DNA of 64,000 nt from Candidatus Poribacteria bacterium (GTDB lineage: Bacteria; Poribacteria; WGA-4E; PCPOR2b). The DNA lies in contig OZ240245.1 of assembly GCA_965198175.1 (NCBI GenBank), positions 1,632,001-1,696,000 of the forward strand. Reading direction: 5' to 3'. Positions 32,129 through 39,877 of this stretch are shown piece after piece; position 1 is the first letter of the stretch, and every line of letters starts with the position of its first letter. The notes beneath the pieces were generated by a model. That model worked only from the letters and a program-made list of their open reading frames with translations. It was not told where the DNA came from and ran no database searches. The position numbers and the translations under genes are program-made.

Positions 32129-34609
32129 ATGATTCATTACTTCCTTTCAATTTCCCTGCTATCTGGTTCAATTATCGCATACGAAATCACCCTGATGCGT
32201 CTGTTCTCTATTGGGCAGTGGCATCATTTCGCGTACATGATTATCAGCCTAGCATTACTTGGATTTGGTGTGAGCGGGAGTGTGATTTTCCTCACGCAGA
32301 GTTGGCTGATGCGGCGTTTTCAACGGATGTACAGTATCTCTGGACTCATCTACTCAATTAGCGTCCCCTGTTGCTTTGCGCTGAACCAGTATGTGCCATT
32401 TAACCCGTTCATGCTAATCTGGCAGCCAGGTCAAATACTGCCGCTTATGGTCCAGTATCTCATCCTATCCATCCCGTTTTTTTTCGGCGCGGCGTGCATT
32501 GGTATGGTGCTCCTGCAGTTCAAGCATCACGTAAATCGGATGTATTTTTTTAATCTGCTCGGGTCGGGAATCGGTGCGTTCGGAATTGTTTTCTGTATGT
32601 ACGTAGTTGCACCTGCCCAAAATCTCACGGTGATTTCAGCAATTGGGATTTGCGGCGTCTTAATCTCGAATTTTGGTGAACCAAGAACCAATTGGCGTCA
32701 GATTAGTCTGATTGTAGTGAGCGGTGTTCTATTTATCGGTTGCTTGCTGCTCAAACCAATCTCAATTAAAGTTTCACCCTACAAAGGTCTGAGTACGACA
32801 CTGAACTTTCCGGATGCAGAAATTCTGAACGACGCGTACAGTCCACTTGGCGCCTTACACGTTGTTCAGAGCGAGTCGATACGATCGGCGCCAGGGTTGA
32901 GTCTGAAATCGCAACATCCGATACCGCCGCAATTGGGTGTATTCACGGACGCTGACGGCATGACGGCAATCACCAATTTCGGCGGAGACCTATCGAAACT
33001 GGTTTATCTGGACGATACCTCTTCAGCGTTGGCGTACCACCTGCTTGATAATCCGCATGTACTGGTGTTGGGTGCTGGCGGAGGGGGTGACGTTCTCAAC
33101 GCCGTATATCACAAGGCAGGTTCGGTTGATGCTGTCGAATTAAATCCCCTAGTTATCGATCTGATAGAACAAGCGCATGGACATTTCTCGGGGAGTATTT
33201 ACGCACTAGATTCGGCTTATTCGGTTCGGGTTCACATCGCTGAAGCGCGGGGATTTGTGAGATCGACGGCGGAGAAATACGATCTCATCCAAATCGCGCT
33301 GCTGGATTCTGTGAACGCATCCGCTGCAGGGACGCACACCCTGAATGAAAGTTACCTTTACACGGTTGAGGCAATTTCGGAACTCTTCCAACATCTGAAA
33401 CCCAACGGCATCGTGTCGATTACGCGCTGGTTGAAAACGCCGCCGCGCGACATGATCAAGTTGTTTGCAACGGCGGTCGAGGCTTTGGAACGGAACGATG
33501 AGGAGAATCCCGCTGAAAACTTAGTTATGATTCGTGGCTGGCGTACAGGGACGCTGCTGATCAAAAACGGGCGCTTTCAACTGCACGAGCGAGCGATCAT
33601 TCGGAACTTTTGTAGTACGCGTTCTTTCGACGCCGCCTACTATCCCGATATGGAAGCGTCCGAAGCAAACCGCTACAATCAACTTGCCGAACCGTTCTAT
33701 TTCCGTGCCGCACGTACAATTCTGTTCGGAGATCGAGAAGGATTTTACAAACAGTATCCGTTTCACGTTCGTCCCGCGACCGATAATTGCCCGTATTTCT
33801 TTCGGTTTCTTCGGTTCGACACACTATTTCAAATGATTCGTACAATCGGCAGGAACTCCATCCCGTTCATTGAGTGGGGCTATCTGCTTCTGATTGCAAC
33901 CCTGCTTCAAGCCGTTTTGGTAGGATTCATCCTGATTTTCCTGCCGCTCCTCTTTGTGCGGCGTCAATCCACAGATGTCCCACAACGAAGAGATCCGAAC
34001 TCTCGAACGCTAACCGATGGTGAACCACGTAGCGTTAGGTATCGGAACGTACTCGGTTATTTCTTCTGCTTGGGCGTCGGCTTCATGTTCATTGAGATGG
34101 CATTCATCCAGAAATTTCTCCTACTCCTCTCCTACCCAACTTATGCTGTTGCGGTTGTGCTCTGTGCCTTTCTCATTTTTGCTGGATTGGGGAGTCTTTC
34201 CTCTTTGCGATTCAGGGATATGCTCGTAAGATCGAGAGAGACATCTCCGCTACGGCGTCCCATCCCCCTTGCAATCGGTGTGTTATCGACAATTACCCTC
34301 CTCTATCTTCTTTTGCTTAACCCAATTTTCCATCGTTTCCTCGCAAGCTCGGACCCAATCAAGATAATAGTTTCGATTTCGCTCATCGCACCGCTGGCGT
34401 TTTTTATGGGGATGCCGTTTCCACTGGGGATTGACTTGCTGCGAAGGCGCAATCCACATCTAATCGCGTGGGCGTGGGCAATCAACGGCTATGCCTCAGT
34501 GGTGAGCGCAATTCTGGCAACCTGTCTTGCAATTTCATTTGGGTTTAGTGTTGTAATCTTGCTGGCAATTGGTATTTATCTAGCTGGAGCAGCGATAGTC
34601 CCGCGTTAG
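32129..34609 (+). CDS. Membrane protein with spermidine-synthase-like SAM-dependent domain
   Basis: N- and C-terminal TM bundles; VLGAGGGGD, AVELNP, YLYTVEA, PATDNCPYF; ATG at 32129. Confidence 0.8.
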   Translation: MIHYFLSISLLSGSIIAYEITLMRLFSIGQWHHFAYMIISLALLGFGVSGSVIFLTQSWLMRRFQRMYSISGLIYSISVPCCFALNQYVPFNPFMLIWQPGQILPLMVQYLILSIPFFFGAACIGMVLLQFKHHVNRMYFFNLLGSGIGAFGIVFCMYVVAPAQNLTVISAIGICGVLISNFGEPRTNWRQISLIVVSGVLFIGCLLLKPISIKVSPYKGLSTTLNFPDAEILNDAYSPLGALHVVQSESIRSAPGLSLKSQHPIPPQLGVFTDADGMTAITNFGGDLSKLVYLDDTSSALAYHLLDNPHVLVLGAGGGGDVLNAVYHKAGSVDAVELNPLVIDLIEQAHGHFSGSIYALDSAYSVRVHIAEARGFVRSTAEKYDLIQIALLDSVNASAAGTHTLNESYLYTVEAISELFQHLKPNGIVSITRWLKTPPRDMIKLFATAVEALERNDEENPAENLVMIRGWRTGTLLIKNGRFQLHERAIIRNFCSTRSFDAAYYPDMEASEANRYNQLAEPFYFRAARTILFGDREGFYKQYPFHVRPATDNCPYFFRFLRFDTLFQMIRTIGRNSIPFIEWGYLLLIATLLQAVLVGFILIFLPLLFVRRQSTDVPQRRDPNSRTLTDGEPRSVRYRNVLGYFFCLGVGFMFIEMAFIQKFLLLLSYPTYAVAVVLCAFLIFAGLGSLSSLRFRDMLVRSRETSPLRRPIPLAIGVLSTITLLYLLLLNPIFHRFLASSDPIKIIVSISLIAPLAFFMGMPFPLGIDLLRRRNPHLIAWAWAINGYASVVSAILATCLAISFGFSVVILLAIGIYLAGAAIVPR

Positions 34610-34882
34610 GATTCAAAGAAAAGGATATCTAACCATGCTTGTGGAACGGAAAACCTGTTTACCCTTTCTTCGGGGTATGATATAATAGCCGGAATTGAAA
34701 CCATGTGGTTATGCCACCCTGCTCTGTGGACCAATCATAAACCTCCCATCCTAATGGTATCATTAACCGGAGACACAGCACACCCACGCTTGCGAGTTTC
34801 CAGGGCTTGGGAACTTTGTGACTTATCAGGACGATGGCGGGGTGACACAGCCGCAACTTGGTATTCATTCAGGAGGACATAG

Positions 34883-35572
34883 ATGCGAATCTTCATAATC
34901 GGCTGCGAGTATGCCGGCAAAACGACGCTAGTTAACGGAATCACCGGGTGGATTGCGCAAACCATGGGAAGCTATACCGGCTGCCACGACCACTTCACGC
35001 TGCCCAATGTGGGTCAAGGTGAAGCTATGGATAGAATCGAGGAGACCATCAGCGGACTCATTGAGACAGTCCCTTCGTTTGTCGAACAGTTTCAGCGTTT
35101 CCAGTTCGTTTATCATCTACAGCCTGTCCTGTTCCATCGCGATGATTACCTGATTGTGAACTGGTACTACGCGGACGCTGTTTACGTGCCGTTATATTAT
35201 CCGAATCTCGGCGGACACGACCGCCAGTACCTCGCGCGGTTCATCGAAAGCGACCTGAAAATTCTGGCGCCAGACATGGTTTTGGTTCTAGTAAGAGCTT
35301 CGCCCGATGTTATCCGGGAACGCATGCGTCAGGAGCAGCGTCCCCGGTGTCCGCTCAAGGATCCGCAGGATGTCGAGTTCGTGTTGGATCGCTTCCAGGA
35401 AGTCTATACTAACTCAATACTCGATGCAAAAATCACCATAGATACAACTAACACGTCAGCTTCAGAGACTCTACAGGAATTTGTGCGGCAAGTAGAGCCT
35501 CACTTGCGGTCTGTAGACCGGCAGCGGATTCTCAGCCATCAGACCCTACAGCAGGCGAAATCCACAACGTGA
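34883..35572 (+). CDS. P-loop NTPase, nucleotide-kinase-like, function unknown
   Basis: GCEYAGKTT Walker A at N-terminus; AGGAGG RBS. Confidence 0.7.
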   Translation: MRIFIIGCEYAGKTTLVNGITGWIAQTMGSYTGCHDHFTLPNVGQGEAMDRIEETISGLIETVPSFVEQFQRFQFVYHLQPVLFHRDDYLIVNWYYADAVYVPLYYPNLGGHDRQYLARFIESDLKILAPDMVLVLVRASPDVIRERMRQEQRPRCPLKDPQDVEFVLDRFQEVYTNSILDAKITIDTTNTSASETLQEFVRQVEPHLRSVDRQRILSHQTLQQAKSTT

Positions 35573-35625
35573 TAAATTGCGATACGGGAACATCCCGCGA
35601 TAGTTTGTTCAAGGAGATAACAACA

Positions 35626-36807
35626 ATGAAGGTCAATCCCCAACAGATACTCGATAACGGCTTCATCATTTTGCGCGACGTCATTCCCCCTGAACGGTTA
35701 AATCAGCTGCGTGACAGTTTTGAACTCACGGTTGAACGACAGAAGGCAATCTGGGCGCAAAACCGCAAGCCCGATGCGCCACCCGGCGGTGAGTGGGAGA
35801 CGAGTCCGCAGCCGCGAGTAATGTTTTCCACCGTTGCCGACCAAGCGACCGCGGACACAATTGAGTTTTGCCTGCACGAAAATACACGAGGTGTTAGCCG
35901 CCAACTAATGCGATCTAAAGAAGCAACCGTGACGTTAATGTCACTTATGTGCAATCCAGTGCGTGACCACGGACCATCGAACTGGCATCGCGATATTCAT
36001 CCCATCGATCAAGCCCCGTTGGGCGGCTTGCAAACTGACATGCTAGAAAACGCCCCCGGCTATGTGCAGTGGAACATCCCTCTCTATGATGATGATGTGC
36101 TCTGGGTAGTACCAGGCAGCCACCGCCGATCCAACACTAATCCGGAGAACCGCCAGTTGCTTGAAAACAACCGCGTACCGCTTCCAGGCGGTATACCAGT
36201 GGAACTCAAAGCAGGGGATGGTGTTGCCTATACCAACACAATGTTTCATTGGGGCAGCAACTACAGTCCCCAATTGAGGCGAACAATTCATCTCGGCTAC
36301 CGTGCGTTCGGAGGTCCCGTCTATCCGTATGTGCCTCACCCGTATTGGAGATTGGATTTTGGCGAGTATCTGTCGCCATGGGGACTGGAAATCTTCGAAG
36401 GATATTGCAACCTACTCGCCGAAGAGTGCGATCGTATCGTGTCCGTGTTTCATGCAATGGTTGACAAAGATTCCGACGCATTTCGTGAGGGAATTGCCGC
36501 ACTCCATCCAGGCGAGGAAGGACGGATGGTGTGTGTCGCGCTGTTGTCCAAATTTGCGTATAAAATTCGATTCGAACCACCGGGATACGGGGGCGATATT
36601 ACAAGGTCTAGGGAGATTGGCAACCGCCTTTCGCCGGAGCAAATCGAAACGCTCTGGAATCGGTTTGCCCCATTGGATGCTAAACTCCAGTCGGATACGG
36701 AGCAATTTCTTCCCGGTTTTCAGTCTGCTCCGATGCGCTATTATTTCTACGAAATGCCTTCTGATTTCAACTTAGAAGACTTTATCGCTAGTTGGGACGC
36801 AGGATAG
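35626..36807 (+). CDS. PhyH family dioxygenase with C-terminal extension
   Basis: NWHRD, LWVVPGSHRR, LKAGDGV, FHWG; ATG at 35626 after AAGGAG. Confidence 0.82.
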   Translation: MKVNPQQILDNGFIILRDVIPPERLNQLRDSFELTVERQKAIWAQNRKPDAPPGGEWETSPQPRVMFSTVADQATADTIEFCLHENTRGVSRQLMRSKEATVTLMSLMCNPVRDHGPSNWHRDIHPIDQAPLGGLQTDMLENAPGYVQWNIPLYDDDVLWVVPGSHRRSNTNPENRQLLENNRVPLPGGIPVELKAGDGVAYTNTMFHWGSNYSPQLRRTIHLGYRAFGGPVYPYVPHPYWRLDFGEYLSPWGLEIFEGYCNLLAEECDRIVSVFHAMVDKDSDAFREGIAALHPGEEGRMVCVALLSKFAYKIRFEPPGYGGDITRSREIGNRLSPEQIETLWNRFAPLDAKLQSDTEQFLPGFQSAPMRYYFYEMPSDFNLEDFIASWDAG

Positions 36808-36907
36808 AGCGCGAAACTGCGAGTGCTACGTACGAATTCTCCCCGACAATGCTACGGGTTCCTGCCGACTTCTATCACTTCGGTTACTTTCTGAAGGAGC
36901 ATCAGCA

Positions 36908-37549
36908 TTAATGAATCAAATGTTCGAAGATGAAAGCACATATACCCAAAAACACCAGCAGCGCACCGGTGATTCCCCGCTCATGACGTTCCAGAAAATG
37001 GGAGTGGACGCGCTCAATACCTCTCCGCCCCAAATCGACCAGTAGCAACATGCCGAGCACAGTCACGACCAAGTAGATAACCGAAACAGTTCCGATGCCT
37101 AACCATCCCAAAGCACTTGCGGATAAATAGTAGATCTCAATTTCAATGCACGGCGAAAAGAACATCGCGACAGCTAACGAGGTAACGATCGCGAACTTCG
37201 ATTTCCGAGAGATTTTGTCGTTTTTCGCGTGATGATGCCCGTGGTTGCCTTTGGAGTCCAAGACCAGATAAATCACACCCAAGCCCACTAAGATTAGAGG
37301 TGCCACGATGTGTGAAAAAACCGCGTAGGATCCAGAGAGTTTGTAGCCGATGAACCCGACAACAATCCCAATGAGAATTGTGCTCAATGAATGAGCTATC
37401 CCGGTGATAGCTGTCACCCCCAGTGTTTCTCGGCGAGACCACTGCTCTGTCTTCCCGATGGCAACCAACGGTATCCAATGGTTGGGGATCAAAGCGTGAA
37501 CAACACTTAGCAAAAAGCTGCCCGTGAGTACCTGTATAAAGCCTCCCAT
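36908..37549 (-). CDS. Ni/Co transporter-like membrane protein (UreH/RcnA-like)
   Basis: HALIPNHW TM1 motif, His-rich loop HGHHH, SPC motif, about six TMs. Confidence 0.7.
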   Translation of the reverse strand: MGGFIQVLTGSFLLSVVHALIPNHWIPLVAIGKTEQWSRRETLGVTAITGIAHSLSTILIGIVVGFIGYKLSGSYAVFSHIVAPLILVGLGVIYLVLDSKGNHGHHHAKNDKISRKSKFAIVTSLAVAMFFSPCIEIEIYYLSASALGWLGIGTVSVIYLVVTVLGMLLLVDLGRRGIERVHSHFLERHERGITGALLVFLGICAFIFEHLIH

Positions 37550-37765
37550 CTCCGTTCTTCTCCGTTTCCATAGCGGTTGTTATGGATAAGTAATGCTTCT
37601 GCGACCGTCCCGATGTTCTGAGGAATAGCAATAAGCGTTCCAGAAATCGCTTGCGGTACTTTTGCCGATAAGCCCTCTGAGAAATGTGGTATGTTTAATG
37701 CCGATATGGTATTTACACATGTGTTGCATTGATTTCCATTTTTTCTGCAAAGAGCGGTCAGCGAG

Positions 37766-37794
37766 TTGACATGACCCTGCCCGTACGATATAGT
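37766..37794 (+). promoter_or_regulatory. Near-consensus sigma-70 promoter
   Basis: TTGACA (37766-71), 17 nt, TATAGT (37789-94). Confidence 0.7.
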
Positions 37795-37815
37795 ATATAC
37801 AATCCGATGAATTCC

Positions 37816-37957
37816 GGCAACCCTTTTCACGCCGTACGAGAAATCCCTCACACCAACGGAAGGTAAGACGTGCGAGGCGGGACACACGCCAGAAGATTTT
37901 ACGTTTTAACAAGGGAGAGCACGTGCGGTGAATAACACCAAAGGGGTCCCTTTTGCT
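37816..37957 (+). ncRNA. Candidate structured RNA (leader or small RNA), family unassigned
   Basis: Nested helices folded by hand, including three G-U pairs that favour the + strand; begins just after the promoter. Confidence 0.4.
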
Positions 37958-38092
37958 TTACCCTGCGTTTTATTAAACACTCTACGAAAATTTGTTCCAA
38001 GATGGAAAATCTACCCTTGGAGTAACTGCCTCTGTGAAAGTAGATTGCTTCTCACAATCTCAAGATGAATCCTAAGAAGGAGGAAAGAGCCA

Positions 38093-39091
38093 ATGAAATT
38101 CCCACACTTGAACCGAATCTCGCATCTACGCAGTTTTACTTTGATCCTGGGCTTTGCCTTAATGTCGGTCAATCAAGCTCAATCGCTCGATTCAATGATT
38201 GCCTTTTCTTCAGACCGTGACAACCCGAGAGGGTATAACGACATCTTTGTAATGAAGCCTAATGGGTCTCAGGTACACAATCTCACGAACAACCCAATGT
38301 CAAGTGATATCTTCCCTGCGTGGTCGCCAGATGGGACGAAGATCGCATTTTCTTCATCTCGCGACGGGGACAGCGATATCTATGTTATGGACGCTGACGG
38401 TAAAAACCTCATCCGGCTTACTCGAGACCCCGAGTACGACAGCATACCTAATTGGTCTCCGGACGGTCGAAAAATTGCCTTTACCTCAAGGCGCGATGGG
38501 AACTTTGAGGTCTATGTCATGAACGCAGACGGCGAAAACCAAATCCGGCTTACGCAAGACCCCTGGAACGATGGCCTTCCGAGCTGGTCTCCGGACGGTC
38601 GGAAAATTGCCTTTATGTCGCATCGCAACTCGGAGATATTTGTCATGGATGTCGACGGCAAAAACTTTGTCCGTCTTACCAGAAACCCCGCGTCTGACGC
38701 CCACCCTAGCTGGTCTCCGGATGGGCAGAACATCGCCTTTTCATCTGATCGCGCCGGAACTTACGATATCTATGTCATGGACGCTGAAGGTAAAGACCCT
38801 GTTCGGCTTACGCCGATCCGCGGGCTGCCCCAGGGACGGAGGGATCGCTGGCAGAACCTCGGGCGCGACCTTCATCCGAGCTGGTCTTCGGACGGACGGA
38901 AAATTGCTTTTACTTCCAATCGCGATGGAAACTATGAAATTTATGTCATGGATGCTGATGGTGGCAATCCGATCAATCTCACCCAAAACGCGGCAGAGGA
39001 TGAAATGCCTGCCTGGTCGCCGGGGCGATTGGCGGTTTCTCCAAAGACACGGTTACTGATGCTATGGGCGACAATAAAAAATTCCCATTGA
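38093..39091 (+). CDS. Secreted TolB-like (PD40) beta-propeller protein 1
   Basis: Signal peptide, repeated WSPDG.KIAF.S.RDG..IYVMDADG; ends LAVSPKTRLLMLWATIK. Confidence 0.9.
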   Translation: MKFPHLNRISHLRSFTLILGFALMSVNQAQSLDSMIAFSSDRDNPRGYNDIFVMKPNGSQVHNLTNNPMSSDIFPAWSPDGTKIAFSSSRDGDSDIYVMDADGKNLIRLTRDPEYDSIPNWSPDGRKIAFTSRRDGNFEVYVMNADGENQIRLTQDPWNDGLPSWSPDGRKIAFMSHRNSEIFVMDVDGKNFVRLTRNPASDAHPSWSPDGQNIAFSSDRAGTYDIYVMDAEGKDPVRLTPIRGLPQGRRDRWQNLGRDLHPSWSSDGRKIAFTSNRDGNYEIYVMDADGGNPINLTQNAAEDEMPAWSPGRLAVSPKTRLLMLWATIKNSH

Positions 39092-39131
39092 TCGACATGG
39101 GAGTTTAAGGACCCCAAAAATTCTCATAGCG

Positions 39132-39284
39132 ATGAATAGATACACCTCTATAACGTATGCCTACCCCCTTTTCCTCACTATGATTCTCACAGCAGTTCTT
39201 CGAGTGTCTTATCCCCACGGATTCGATTTGAAGGGTTTAACCCGTTTTGATTCGGCGAGAATTGTCCTACTCGCCAGTTACTAA
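39132..39284 (+). CDS. Candidate small hydrophobic protein (50 aa), absent from the ORF track
   Basis: MNRYTSITYAYPLFLTMILTAVLRVSYPHGFDLKGLTRFDSARIVLLASY*; homologous copy at 43196. Confidence 0.35.
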   Translation: MNRYTSITYAYPLFLTMILTAVLRVSYPHGFDLKGLTRFDSARIVLLASY

Positions 39285-39605
39285 AACAGTATTGGAAGTG
39301 TTATTCCTACTTCATATCGGATTATAGCTCACACTTAACAGATTTTACTTAGCCCATCCCAGTTTCCTCAATACCCAACCTACACTCGTTTACATTCCCC
39401 GCCAATGAAGGTATTTTGTTCCAATCTCTCGTGAGAGGTTTTCAAACTTTTTTATTTTCAGGGCGGCACGTGTTTTAAAAGATGTACAATGGTGTAGCGT
39501 AATTGACACAGTTCTGTCTGCAAATCGCTACATTGTCAATTCGTTATCTTTATCTCTAGCAGCGGGCACCCTTAGACCTCCTACAAAGATCTTTTCTTGC
39601 AACAA

Positions 39606-39620
39606 TGGCACGGTATTTGC
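39606..39620 (+). promoter_or_regulatory. Candidate sigma-54 (-24/-12) promoter
   Basis: TGGCACGGTATTTGC matches TGGCACG-N4-TTGC with exact GG-N10-GC spacing. Confidence 0.65.
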
Positions 39621-39877
39621 GCATTGAGCTGTGGCATAATTCATTGTTGTTGCGCCCATTGTGCATGTGTCAAATCGCTAGAATAACGTTTGCGGATCGT
39701 ATTTTCTCCATTTCATTGACTCAGAGAATCAGAATTAACTTTCCAAGTGAGAAAATGCAATCATCAACCGTTTGTGTAACTTTTTCTTTTTCAAACAGGC
39801 TCTAAATCCGAGGACGTGCCCCAAGAATAGAAATCGAGGGGATATACGCCGTAACTCAAACATGGAGGATTATTCCA

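Noticed and set aside
37550..37760. Cobalamin or NiCo riboswitch upstream of the metal transporter
   Set aside because: No recognisable conserved boxes on the minus strand.
37905..37950. Glycine-riboswitch-like words (GGAGAG...CACCAAAGG)
   Set aside because: The CTCTCAGG element and tandem aptamer layout are missing, and the downstream gene is unrelated to glycine metabolism.
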